64,000 nt of DNA, from assembly GCA_964436435.1 (NCBI GenBank), contig CAYTCH010000001.1:822184-886183 (forward strand), read 5' to 3'. The stretch's first letter is position 1. Each line of letters starts with the position of its first letter. This stretch comes from an uncultured Pseudomonadota bacterium. GTDB lineage: Bacteria > Babelota > Babeliae > Babelales > Vermiphilaceae. A model generated the notes under the pieces. The model searched no databases, was not told the origin of the DNA, and saw nothing but the letters and a program-made list of their open reading frames with translations. This document shows, piece by piece, positions 18,475 through 28,347 of the stretch. Both the position numbers and the translations under genes were made by a program.

Positions 18475-18709
18475 AAATCTCCATCTTCAAAAAAAATAAT
18501 ACAAACTACTTTCCACTATGCGCTTGAGCCAATAATTTTGGCAACAAAAACGTTATTGTGTGATTCTAAAACTGTATTTTCAATGTTTTTGTGGTTTGAT
18601 AATAATGTTGCGTACCTTTGTTGCGCTCATTAAAAGTTTGTAACGGGAACATTGTTTTTGGTGAAATGACGGTAGAGGCAAGAACGAAGAGACTCAGGAG
18701 ATAAAGAAA

Positions 18710-19159
18710 TTATCGTAGGTGTGCAAGTAGCTCGTTTTCTTTTGTGAGCATCACTTCATAGTCCTCATCTGTTTCATGGTCGTACCCGATGAGGTGGCAG
18801 ATGCCGTGAGCCAATAACCGCTGCATCCGTTCGTCAAATGTTGTTTCTAATTTTTTTATGTTTGTACGAACATATTCAAGGGAGATGATGATATCGCCCA
18901 GGCAATAATCTTCAGGTGTTTGAGCAACAATCTGTTCGCCTGGTTTGGCATGATAGTGATAAGGAAAAGACAGGATATCCGTCGCTTTATCCTTGTTGCG
19001 GTATTGCTTGTTGTAAAAACGAATGGTCTTATTTGTTGTCAGAAAAATATTCACATCAAAATCTGCATAACCCAATGCACGAAGAATAGTTTGAGCATCC
19101 CGTTTTAATTTCGGGATGCTCAGTTTTATTTTACGTTGTTTTGTTGTGACGTTAATCAT
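18710..19159 (-). CDS. ybeY: rRNA maturation endoribonuclease YbeY
   Basis: Metal motif HGICHLIGYDHETD (H-x3-H-x5-H). 149 aa. Its ATG overlaps the upstream stop (ATGA). Confidence 0.95.
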   Translation of the reverse strand: MINVTTKQRKIKLSIPKLKRDAQTILRALGYADFDVNIFLTTNKTIRFYNKQYRNKDKATDILSFPYHYHAKPGEQIVAQTPEDYCLGDIIISLEYVRTNIKKLETTFDERMQRLLAHGICHLIGYDHETDEDYEVMLTKENELLAHLR

Positions 19160-20397
19160 TTTTTATTTGTTTTTTGAGCGTCTTTAAGATTTGCAGGCTG
19201 TGGTTGTTGTTCTTTTTGTTTGTTTGCCTCAGCGAGTTTTTTTGCTTGTTCAGCTTTAAACTCTTTTATAATTTTTTCTGCTTGCTGTTTATAAGTTTTA
19301 TAGTGAGGACATTTTTGTTGTTGGATAAGTGAAAGGTACTTGGTTATTACATATTGTTGTGTAATTTGATTGCTATATTTGCATTGTTGTAGGGCTACAG
19401 CAATAGATTTGCACGCTTTTATTTCGCTTGAATTTGTAAGTTTATTTATTTTACTCATGATAGTGCCAAGATGATCAGAAAGAGCATAACCTTCTTCTCG
19501 ATCCATTGCATCATGAATACATGAAAGGAGATCCAGAGCGTTATTGAGTTTTTCTGGGTTATTTGCCCCGGATACTTCTTTTATTAAACTGGTGACAACA
19601 GGGACATAGGGGAGTTTTCCATGCCAGATATCATCAAGAAATGTCGTCCCTTCATGAACAGCAAAACCTTTGAGTGATGCAATAGCTATTTCTTTTGCAC
19701 CCTCTGCTATTTTTGGGCTTGTGAGGGTTGATTTGCAAGTATCTACAACGCTTTGCATAAAGTTTGGATTTTTTAATCGGTTATATCGCTCATCAGACTT
19801 ATTCAATCTTTTGAAATTATTGAGTAGCGCAGGAGGAATTTGCTTGCTTTGTTTTTGCTTTGGAAAAATTGGTTCTAGTAGTGCTTGTGATGAGACGAAT
19901 ACTGTGTGAAGCTTATCTTGTGCTTTTGCAATCTCGGTTGCTTCAATCTTGCCTTCTTTGTTTTTATTAATTTGTATTGTATTAATTTTTTTATAAATCT
20001 TTATTAGATTTTCGATCATTTTCGTAGAGGTAGGATTTGGGGGGGTTATTTGTTTATCCAAGTCTATGAAAATCTGGGATATGTTATCAGATAGTTCTTT
20101 TTTTTGTGTCTCAAAATCGGAGACTTCGCAATCTAATAGGTTTTGTTTTAGATTGGCAAGGGTTTTTGTATTTTTTTCTTCTAATGCTTCTTTGTGTTTT
20201 CTATTCCTTTTTTCTATTTCTTCTATGCTAAGAAGGTTTTTTATATCATCATTCAGTTTTTTATTTTTAACTGATCTAATTGAGTCAAAATCATCCGTTC
20301 CACATGTATAGCCAGTACCCCATGAATTATCCATACCCCATGCCGTACCGCAAATCATAAATATCGATAGAGAATAGAGTAATAGTTTTTTAAACAT
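19156..20397 (-). CDS. Hypothetical exported coiled-coil protein, paralog-family member, translationally coupled to ybeY
   Basis: Signal peptide MFKKLLLYSLSIFMICGTAWG. K/E-rich helical body. Motifs ALQQCKYSNQITQQYVITKYLSLIQQ and QKCPHYKTYK. Confidence 0.6.
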   Translation of the reverse strand: MFKKLLLYSLSIFMICGTAWGMDNSWGTGYTCGTDDFDSIRSVKNKKLNDDIKNLLSIEEIEKRNRKHKEALEEKNTKTLANLKQNLLDCEVSDFETQKKELSDNISQIFIDLDKQITPPNPTSTKMIENLIKIYKKINTIQINKNKEGKIEATEIAKAQDKLHTVFVSSQALLEPIFPKQKQSKQIPPALLNNFKRLNKSDERYNRLKNPNFMQSVVDTCKSTLTSPKIAEGAKEIAIASLKGFAVHEGTTFLDDIWHGKLPYVPVVTSLIKEVSGANNPEKLNNALDLLSCIHDAMDREEGYALSDHLGTIMSKINKLTNSSEIKACKSIAVALQQCKYSNQITQQYVITKYLSLIQQQKCPHYKTYKQQAEKIIKEFKAEQAKKLAEANKQKEQQPQPANLKDAQKTNKK

Positions 20398-20401
20398 TGT
20401 T

Positions 20402-21031
20402 TTATGCCTTTACAGGTGAAAGTTTAAGCGGTTGAGTTTGTGCTTCAAGAGTACTGTGCTTAACTTGTTCTTTTTGAATGCCATACAGTGTTTCATTTTT
20501 GCGATGAGGATTAATGAGTTCAAGATATCTGCTATTTACCGCCCTAAAGAAGTTATCATTTTTATGCGGACAGGAGGCGATGGTTTGTTTGATAGTTTGA
20601 AGTTGTTTGATATCACCGCGTTCGGGCTTTATATCGTTATTATTGATTTTGTAAAAAACATCACAAAATGGTTTTTCCAAGTTGATTGCTTCATCTTGAG
20701 AATCAGAATCAGCATACTCGTCGGCGCGTCTCTGTGCGTCACGCAGATGTTTGATTATATGGGGAGTTGTATAGTTATCAATGCATTGTTTGGTGACTGA
20801 CAACGTCGTTATTATTGCTTTTTCTGTAACGGCGATTCCTACGCCTATTGCTATACCTACTATAATTTTATCGAGTCGAGAGCCAGTCTGGCTGGTCTGT
20901 TGTGTTATCGTAATTGTCTTATTACTTTTCTCTTGTTCAGCAGCTTCCAAGGGTAGGCTCACAATCCCATTAATACTCAATGCCATAACCGCGCGCAGGC
21001 CAAGTAAACGAAATTTCCGTATCGTTAACAT
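20402..21031 (-). CDS. Hypothetical exported protein, paralog-family member
   Basis: Signal-like N-terminus. Gly/Ile-rich hydrophobic segment IIVGIAIGVGIAV. Motif TIASCPHKNDNFFRAVNSRYLELINP. Only 4 nt from the next ORF. Confidence 0.55.
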   Translation of the reverse strand: MLTIRKFRLLGLRAVMALSINGIVSLPLEAAEQEKSNKTITITQQTSQTGSRLDKIIVGIAIGVGIAVTEKAIITTLSVTKQCIDNYTTPHIIKHLRDAQRRADEYADSDSQDEAINLEKPFCDVFYKINNNDIKPERGDIKQLQTIKQTIASCPHKNDNFFRAVNSRYLELINPHRKNETLYGIQKEQVKHSTLEAQTQPLKLSPVKA

Positions 21032-21130
21032 AATTATTTTGTCCCTAAAATAATCCCATCCGACTATGCCCCTAGCGGTGCTACGTCGGGTACGCTCAAT
21101 TTACATTCAAATCAAAATACTCGCGAGCCG

Positions 21131-23596
21131 TTAGCTGGTGATTTTGGCCGTGTATACGTTGTTTTTTGTTTCTAAAATTGCCACGTCCAACTTCTCATTT
21201 TTTATCACGATGTCCCGTGCCTTGGTTGCGCCCATCAGGAGTTGTTTATTTTGGTTGATAATATCTGCGCATCCTGCGTCTTGGCAATAGATCTCAACGA
21301 GCTCCAATTCTGCCCCTAAAGACAATGCATGCTCAGTTTTAAGTTTACGTACTTGCGCAACGAGTGCAAGGGCTTTTTCCATAGCTATAACGCTTTCTGG
21401 TGCCTTATATTCTAATTGGCAATCGGAGAATCTGGTTTGATGCAGTGATGGTGTCTTGATTGTTTTAATGTAGAGCTCTTGGTAGATCGCTTCGGTGACG
21501 TGTGGTTGGAATGGTGCATACATTTGCAGGATTCGTAGGCCGACGGTATATAGCGTCCAACGGGTGGCATCCAACAATTGTGCGTCGTATTTATCCGGGT
21601 TAAATAGCAGATCTTTAATCATTTCAAGGTAGTTGTCGCAGAACTGTGACCAGAAGAACGTTTCAGCATGCTGGAGGGCCAGGTTGAATTCATTTTCTTC
21701 AAGTGACTTTTTGTATTTTTCAAAGCAGGCGCTTGCTTCATGTAAGATCCAAGAGTTAATGGCGCCCAGGTCTGCGGGTTGAGTTTGTCCAACTTGTATG
21801 TCTGTAAGGTGGATAGATACGAACTGGAAGGCGTTCCACAACTTGGTGGTCAGTTTTTGTCCGATTTTAATCTGTGTTTCAGAGAATGAGATATCTTTTC
21901 CCAGTGCGCCCGATGCGGTCCAATATCTGATACTATCAGCCGAAAATGACTGCAGTAACGATTTTGGGGTCAGCGTGGCATTGCCTTGGGATTTAGAAAT
22001 CTTTGTTTTTGCATCGCTCAGTACGTGGCCGGAGATGACGATATCCTTCCAGGGCAGGCAGCCGTGGTGCAACCAGGCTTTTACGATAGTGTAAAATGCC
22101 CAAGTTCTGATGATATCGTGTGCTTGAGGCCGCATGCTCATCGGAATAAAGTCGGTGACCTTGCTGTCCCTGAAAGGTGAATTGCCTTGAGGGGCGAATG
22201 ATTTAAATAAAATTTGTGGGGTTAAAGACGAACAATTCCAGGTGTCCATGACGTCGGTATCCGGAACAATGTCGGTGCATCCACAAGAGCACGTGCCCTT
22301 GTATGCGGTCTCACGAGGGTCAATCGGCAAGTCTTTAACATCAGCCAATAAAATCTGACCACATGCCGTGCAGTGCCATGCGGGGAAGGGAATTCCATAA
22401 AAACGTTGGCGGGACAGGCACCAGTCCCAATTGAGGTGCTCCACCCAGTCACGGTACCGGGTTTTCATGTACTCGGGGTACCAGTTGAGTTCATCAGCAA
22501 GTTCTAAGAATTTTTCTTTTTGGTCGGTGATGCGCAGGAACCATTGCGGCAGCGCGATTATTTCAACCGCCTTTTTGCAGCGTTCATGTACGTTGACGGC
22601 GTGGGAGATAGCCCGTTGGCCAACTAGGAGTTCTTGGGTTTTCAGTTCTTCTAAAATCTTTTCACGTGCCTGATTAGCCTTAAGGCCAGCTAGAATGCCC
22701 GCATTTTCCAACATCTTGCCGTCAAAACCAATGGATTGAATGTAGGGGAGTTTGAATTTTTTAAACCATTCAATATCGGTGGTATCACCAAACGTACAGA
22801 CCATAACCAGACCGGTGCCTTTTTCAATGGACACTTTCTCGTCCGCATAGACCGGAACTTCTTGATTAAAGATTGGCGTACGGGCCGTGGTGCCCTTGAG
22901 GTGTTGGTAGCGGCTGTCATCGGGGTGATAGAGCAGCGCGACGCATGAAGGCAGTAGTTCAGGGCGTGTAGTACCAATAATCAGATCAGCGCCGTCGGCC
23001 GCCTTAAAAATAATATCGTTAAATTGTGATGGCAGTTCCATGTCATCAAGTTCTGCTTGCGCTACTGACGTACGACAGGTTGTGCAATACAGGGCTGGTT
23101 CATTTTTGCGGTAAATGAGCCCCTTTTTGTAAAGCTCGATGAATGATTCTTGGGTAATGCTGCGAGCATGCGGGGCGATGGTTTGATACTCGAGTGACCA
23201 GTCGACAGAAAGGCCCATAGCCAGCCAGAGTTTTTTGAACTCTTGTTCATCTTCTTTGGTTACTTCAATGCATTTTTTTATGAATTCAGAGCGAGCAAGT
23301 TCGTGCGCACGGATATCCAATTTTTTCTCAACGTACCGTTCGGTTGCCAGGCCGTTGTCATCAAAACCAAAGGGATAAAAGACAGAAAAACCGCTCATAC
23401 GTTTGTAGCGGGCGATGATATCGGTTTGGGTGTAAGAAAAAATATGGCCGATGTGCAGGCTACCAGAAACGGTTGGCGGCGGGGTGTCGATACTGAATAC
23501 AGGGCCGGGATTATTTTCGGCCGCGTAGGTTTTGTTTTTTTCCCATAATTGTTGGGTTTCAAGTTCAAGCTGCTGGTGATTATATTTTTTTTCCAT
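21131..23596 (-). CDS. valS: Valyl-tRNA synthetase (short, 821 aa, lacks the long bacterial C-terminal coiled coil)
   Basis: Class I motifs PPPTVSGSLHIGH (HIGH) and KISKSQGN (KMSKS). Editing-domain and anticodon-binding blocks typical of ValRS. Confidence 0.9.
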   Translation of the reverse strand: MEKKYNHQQLELETQQLWEKNKTYAAENNPGPVFSIDTPPPTVSGSLHIGHIFSYTQTDIIARYKRMSGFSVFYPFGFDDNGLATERYVEKKLDIRAHELARSEFIKKCIEVTKEDEQEFKKLWLAMGLSVDWSLEYQTIAPHARSITQESFIELYKKGLIYRKNEPALYCTTCRTSVAQAELDDMELPSQFNDIIFKAADGADLIIGTTRPELLPSCVALLYHPDDSRYQHLKGTTARTPIFNQEVPVYADEKVSIEKGTGLVMVCTFGDTTDIEWFKKFKLPYIQSIGFDGKMLENAGILAGLKANQAREKILEELKTQELLVGQRAISHAVNVHERCKKAVEIIALPQWFLRITDQKEKFLELADELNWYPEYMKTRYRDWVEHLNWDWCLSRQRFYGIPFPAWHCTACGQILLADVKDLPIDPRETAYKGTCSCGCTDIVPDTDVMDTWNCSSLTPQILFKSFAPQGNSPFRDSKVTDFIPMSMRPQAHDIIRTWAFYTIVKAWLHHGCLPWKDIVISGHVLSDAKTKISKSQGNATLTPKSLLQSFSADSIRYWTASGALGKDISFSETQIKIGQKLTTKLWNAFQFVSIHLTDIQVGQTQPADLGAINSWILHEASACFEKYKKSLEENEFNLALQHAETFFWSQFCDNYLEMIKDLLFNPDKYDAQLLDATRWTLYTVGLRILQMYAPFQPHVTEAIYQELYIKTIKTPSLHQTRFSDCQLEYKAPESVIAMEKALALVAQVRKLKTEHALSLGAELELVEIYCQDAGCADIINQNKQLLMGATKARDIVIKNEKLDVAILETKNNVYTAKITS

Positions 23597-23730
23597 GTGC
23601 TCACTTTCTTCAGGCGGTAACCGCGTATTTTGGCCAAGATAAAGGGGTTTTCTCTAGAAGTAATTCTAGCGGCAAAAGTGGGTTGGGGCAAGGGAGAGGT
23701 GGCATAGGGATTTAATGCTGATCTAAGAGC

Positions 23731-23773
23731 AAAAAAGAAGCCGGCCTACAGGTTTACTGCAGCCGGCTTTTTA
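23731..23773. terminator. Bidirectional intrinsic terminator downstream of the TPR membrane-protein gene
   Basis: GAAGCCGGC / GCCGGCTT stem flanked by A6 upstream and T5 downstream. Confidence 0.75.
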
Positions 23774-23792
23774 TAAACTAAAAAAACCTTCT

Positions 23793-26102
23793 TTACGCCT
23801 TCGCCCCTATTTTTTTCCCGTACCGCCCATTCAACGCAATCAAATCTTTGGCCGCGGTCGCTTTCATTTGTGCAAGCTCCGCCTCATTGCCTTGATGCGG
23901 TTCGTTTAAGAATGCAGTGAGTATTTGTTTAGCCTCTTCTGGTCGGCCCAAGTGTTCACAGCAGGCTGCCATTCTGAATGATATGAGCGGTATTTGGCCG
24001 CGTAGAGAGGTTGCCTTTTGGTATGATTCGAGCGCTTTGTCGTACTCTTTTAGTTCAAAGTGTGCTTCCGCCATGTTATACCAGACTGCTTCTTTTTGTG
24101 GGTTGTCTTTAAGAATCTGTTGATATATCTCTTGTGCTTTTCTGTGGTTGCCGGCCAAGTAATGGCTGTTGGCTAAGTTAAAGATTGCTTCTCCATCGGT
24201 AGGGTCTATTTGTAAGACTTTTTGATAACCGTTAATGGCGTCATCATATTTTTTCAGTTCAAGGCTTGTTTTGGCGTAGAGTGAAAAGCCGAACTTATTG
24301 TCCATGTCCGCTTTGGTGCAGGCGTTTTTAAAACATTCCCATGCCAATTCTTTTTCATTTCTTGCCAAATGGACTCGTCCCAAATTAAAGTGCGCCTTAC
24401 CGTAGTGTGGGCGGAGCTTGAGTGCTATGGTCAGTGCCTGTTCCGCTTTGGCGATTTCATTTTTTTGCAGGTAAAAAGATGCGATATTGTTATACCCTTC
24501 TGGATAATACGGGCTTATTTTAAGGCTTTTTTGCAGTGAGGCGATTGCATCATCAAGCCGGCCAACGGCGGAGTAGGCGACTGCAATGTTATTGAGTGGA
24601 TCTGGGTAGTTGGCGTCCATGTTGATTGCTTTTTGGAAGAAGGGAATTGCGCCGTTAAAATCTTTTTTGATTTGTGAAAGTTCTACTCCGTAATTATTGT
24701 AAGCGCGTGCCTTGCCCGGTGCGGTTTTTATCATTGCTCCCCAAAAATCAAGACCCGAACGCCAGATAAGATTTTGTTGAACGGTTAAAAAACCCAAGAG
24801 CAGAGTCGCCATGATTCCAATAGTGTGAACGCCATAACGGCTGGGGACAAGAAAACGAGGAAGTGATTTTATTTTACTCAAAAGATATTCTGTGCCCGCA
24901 ATGCAGCCGGAGGCGATTAAAAAGAGCCAACCAAAAGAGGCAAGATAGGTTTTGTAGTCAACCAGTAGTTCAGGGGAAGGGATAATACTTGAGCGAGGCA
25001 TGATGCAGATGAAAAACCAGATCATGCCAAAACCGATGAGGCTGGTTTTGTTACGAGAGAGAAGTTTGAAGACTGCTGTTGCAATTGCAATAAGAGCAAG
25101 TAGGGGAAAGAATGCATCAGGGGAAAACAAAGAGCGAGACAGAACCCAGTCATATTCAACACTGATGTTAAATGGCCAGACAAAAATCCAGAGGTAGTGC
25201 AAAATAACTTTAAATTGTGATCGTAAAAACATCCAGGGAGTGATGGGAGTGCCTGGAGTTTCTGTGATAACGTTGCCAATGTTGTTGGCTGCTTTTTGTT
25301 GCAAGCTGAGCGCAGAGGTAAAAAAAGCTGGTTTTAAGTAATAGAGGTACACGCCAAAAATAAACAGAGCTAATGTTGCATGGAGCAGGAGTCGTTTTTT
25401 AAGGGCAGCAAAATCACCTTGCGCTACAAAGAACCAGTCAAATAAGAGTACAAGCGCGGGTGAAATGATGGCGATCTCTTTGGTGCCACAAGAAAAGAGT
25501 GCGAGTACAAACAGCAGTATGGTCAACAGGGCTTTTGATAGTGTGGCGCTGGCACGGGCGACAAAAAAGAAACATAAAATCATACTCAGAATAAAGAGTG
25601 CGGCAAGTCCTTCAAGCTGCCCTTGAATGACATATGTAACTGTTTGAGTTTGTACAGGATTCAGTAAAAAAAGGATGGCAGTAAAACCTGCAAGTGAGTG
25701 TGTATGGGTTGAAAAAAAACTCTTTTTTTTAAGTCCAGTAAGGCCCAGGAGCACAATGAAGAAAACTAAAATGCCATTAAGTGTGTGAATAATAAAGTTA
25801 CCGATATGATACCAGGTTGGATCAAATTGCCCCAGGCTATAATAGACGGTGTTGAGCCAGTAACTAATCCAACGGGTGTTTTTAAGAAAGTGATCCCAAA
25901 AATTTGAGTGTCGTATGGAAAATTGCTGTGCGATATTGGCAACGCTATCAAATTGGAAGGGGTAATGGAGTGACGGCAGGTAAAAAAGAGCAACCAATAT
26001 TGCGAGTATGATAGGGGAAATAATTAAAAACCAGGTTGGTATTTTTTGATTTGATGCAGTGACTTTTGTGATTATTGGTTTGGATGATGACATTTTTTTC
26101 AT
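23793..26102 (-). CDS. Polytopic membrane protein with C-terminal TPR array (TMTC/PMT-like glycosyltransferase-C architecture)
   Basis: About 480 aa with many hydrophobic helices, then repeated TPR-like units (A..Y.N.G......A...F.KA...P). AAAGGA RBS 7 nt before ATG 26102; the ORF track extends to 26219. Confidence 0.65.
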   Translation of the reverse strand: MKKMSSSKPIITKVTASNQKIPTWFLIISPIILAILVALFYLPSLHYPFQFDSVANIAQQFSIRHSNFWDHFLKNTRWISYWLNTVYYSLGQFDPTWYHIGNFIIHTLNGILVFFIVLLGLTGLKKKSFFSTHTHSLAGFTAILFLLNPVQTQTVTYVIQGQLEGLAALFILSMILCFFFVARASATLSKALLTILLFVLALFSCGTKEIAIISPALVLLFDWFFVAQGDFAALKKRLLLHATLALFIFGVYLYYLKPAFFTSALSLQQKAANNIGNVITETPGTPITPWMFLRSQFKVILHYLWIFVWPFNISVEYDWVLSRSLFSPDAFFPLLALIAIATAVFKLLSRNKTSLIGFGMIWFFICIMPRSSIIPSPELLVDYKTYLASFGWLFLIASGCIAGTEYLLSKIKSLPRFLVPSRYGVHTIGIMATLLLGFLTVQQNLIWRSGLDFWGAMIKTAPGKARAYNNYGVELSQIKKDFNGAIPFFQKAINMDANYPDPLNNIAVAYSAVGRLDDAIASLQKSLKISPYYPEGYNNIASFYLQKNEIAKAEQALTIALKLRPHYGKAHFNLGRVHLARNEKELAWECFKNACTKADMDNKFGFSLYAKTSLELKKYDDAINGYQKVLQIDPTDGEAIFNLANSHYLAGNHRKAQEIYQQILKDNPQKEAVWYNMAEAHFELKEYDKALESYQKATSLRGQIPLISFRMAACCEHLGRPEEAKQILTAFLNEPHQGNEAELAQMKATAAKDLIALNGRYGKKIGAKA

Positions 26103-26263
26103 AAAAAATCCTTTTTGTGTGTGAGGCCATTTTTTGCAGACACAGTCTACTGCAGGAGCCTTGCACACGCAAATCCTGTCTATTTGACCGATGTGGTGGT
26201 TTCTTTTAGACTGGACCATTATTATTATCAGCGATTAAACCACACACTACGTTTAGAGTTTTT

Positions 26264-26974
26264 ATGACCATACAAAATGCAGAGTTATTTATTAGTTACA
26301 TCACCCTTGCGTTGGCCTACATTATAGCCGTGACTCTTTCAGGGTCATTCAAGGCATGGGTTGCGCGATCTTTGGGTGATGATACCGCTGAAAGTCTTGG
26401 TTTACTGACGCTCAATCCGTGGGCTCATATGGATTTTATGGGTGGTCTTTTTTTGCTGGTGTTTGGATTTGGTTGGGGGCGCAACGTACCTATTAACCCT
26501 TATAAAATTGACGGACGCTTTCATAAATTAAAAATCGCATGCGCTTACTTTTCTAATAGTTTTGCCCATATTACTATGGCAATGGTGACGCTCGTTGCTC
26601 TGGTTTATAACTTTGGTGTTAACGTTTTGTATCTGGCAGTTCCTATGATGTATACCGGTGATCTTTTGCAATCACAGTTTGCTCTTGCCTACCCGGATGC
26701 AGCCTCATGGGCTATTTCATTAGGACTTGTTGGTATTGCATTAATGTTTTTAAACGTTCTTTTGGCGGTACTCGATTTTATTATCAGTGTGTTCAGTCTT
26801 ATTGCGTTTTCTGTTTTTGAGCATTCACCTTCGTACACAAAATATCGCGATATTCTCATGATTATTATTCCCATGTTAATGATCTATTTTTTCATTAATC
26901 CATTACGACTTTTTGTTGTAAAAGTGTTACTGGTTGTTGGTTTGATCTTGGCACAGTGGTTTGGTGGTATCTGA
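26264..26974 (+). CDS. Site-2-protease (M50, COG1994-type) homolog with degenerate active site
   Basis: AWVARSLGDDTAESLGLLTLNPWAHMDFMGGLFLLVFGFGWGRNVPINPY matches the family block that normally follows HExxH. The HExxH position reads SGSFK, and the distal ...PPLDG motif reads AVLDF. Confidence 0.6.
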   Translation: MTIQNAELFISYITLALAYIIAVTLSGSFKAWVARSLGDDTAESLGLLTLNPWAHMDFMGGLFLLVFGFGWGRNVPINPYKIDGRFHKLKIACAYFSNSFAHITMAMVTLVALVYNFGVNVLYLAVPMMYTGDLLQSQFALAYPDAASWAISLGLVGIALMFLNVLLAVLDFIISVFSLIAFSVFEHSPSYTKYRDILMIIIPMLMIYFFINPLRLFVVKVLLVVGLILAQWFGGI

Positions 26975-26996
26975 ATAACATGAGAGTGAAGTGTGT

Positions 26997-28193
26997 ATGA
27001 AAAAGCTTGAACATATTGTTGTTGAACTCAAGACCGGCACCAGTAGTATTATTCCCGAAGCGGATTTTATTAAGAAGTTAGAGTCGGGCGAAATATTAAA
27101 AATTAAACTGGGCATGGACCCTACGGCACCTGATTTGCATTTGGGTCATGCGGTCGTTCTTTCAAAATTACGTCAATTTCAGGACCTAGGGCACGAGATT
27201 ATTTTTTTAATTGGTGACTTTACTGCTCGTATTGGTGACCCAACGGGTAAATCAAAGACTCGGATACCGTTAACTGAAGAAACAATTGAACAAAACATGA
27301 AGACTTACATTGAACAAGTTGGTCGTATCATGGATCCTAAAAAACTAACCATCCGTTATAATTCTGAGTGGCTGGGCAGATTGTCGAGCGGCCAGATGGT
27401 GCAACTATGCGCCAAGCTGACCCTTGCTCGGTTGACCGAACGTGAAGATTTTGCCACCCGCATAGCAAACCAGCAATCAGTTGGCCTACATGAGCTTTTA
27501 TACCCTGTTTTTCAGGCTTATGATTCAGTGGCCCTTGATGCGGACGTGGAATTAGGAGGCACTGACCAGACGTTTAATTTATTGCTTGGTCGATTCTTAC
27601 AAGAACAGTACGGCAAGAAGCCACAAGCTATTCTGACTATGCCGCTTTTAGAAGGGCTGGACGGCGTTAACAAGATGTCCAAATCTCTGGGCAATACTAT
27701 TGGGCTCACTGAGCCGGCCGATCAGGCATACGGCAAGCTCATGTCGATATCTGATAAATTGATGTGGCGTTACTTTGAACTTTTGCTCAATAAAACAACC
27801 TCTGAAATTGAGGCTCTACAGGCCCAGGTTGCCAACAAGACTTTGGGTGCCATAGATGCTAAGAAAATGATGGCTCATGGTGTGGTGGCCAGATTTTGGT
27901 CCTCAGACGAGGCGGAAACAGCCCAATCTTCATTCGAGGCCCTCTTTCAACGCAAAGATTATACACAAGCCCAAGAGGTTGCTTTGCCAGAAGATACAGA
28001 AAACCCTTTATGGGTCGTGCAATTGATTAAATCAGTTGCGGATATCGCTTCTTCGTCAGAAATTAAGAGGCTTTTGGAAGCTGGTGCTGTGAGCATCGAC
28101 GGTGAGGTTGTTAAGGATTTCGGGGCAAAAATAGCCTGGAAATCCGATATGACTGTCAAAGTGGGCAAACACAGGATCTATAAGCTCAAATAA
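26997..28193 (+). CDS. tyrS: Tyrosyl-tRNA synthetase
   Basis: Class I motifs DLHLGH (HIGH) and KMSKS. C-terminal S4-like domain. ATG 26997 (the ORF track starts at GTG 26991). Confidence 0.9.
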   Translation: MKKLEHIVVELKTGTSSIIPEADFIKKLESGEILKIKLGMDPTAPDLHLGHAVVLSKLRQFQDLGHEIIFLIGDFTARIGDPTGKSKTRIPLTEETIEQNMKTYIEQVGRIMDPKKLTIRYNSEWLGRLSSGQMVQLCAKLTLARLTEREDFATRIANQQSVGLHELLYPVFQAYDSVALDADVELGGTDQTFNLLLGRFLQEQYGKKPQAILTMPLLEGLDGVNKMSKSLGNTIGLTEPADQAYGKLMSISDKLMWRYFELLLNKTTSEIEALQAQVANKTLGAIDAKKMMAHGVVARFWSSDEAETAQSSFEALFQRKDYTQAQEVALPEDTENPLWVVQLIKSVADIASSSEIKRLLEAGAVSIDGEVVKDFGAKIAWKSDMTVKVGKHRIYKLK

Positions 28194-28347
28194 GTCTTTA
28201 TCTATTCAGTTAGAATTTTCACTAATGCGGTTGCAGAGCATAAAATTTCTGTTAGATTGGTAATAAGTGGATCCGGGTACCTATAAATGGCGGTACTCAG
28301 CCCATGTGACGGAATAAAAGATTATAGACGGGGAAATGGAGGTTTCC

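Noticed and set aside
21032-23792. T-box or other leader riboswitches upstream of the aminoacyl-tRNA synthetase genes (valS, tyrS, hisS).
   Set aside because: The leaders are short (valS about 100 nt, tyrS about 20 nt after the preceding gene). No T-box consensus (AGGGTGGNACCGCG-like) was seen. Only the hisS hairpin was kept as a low-interest finding.
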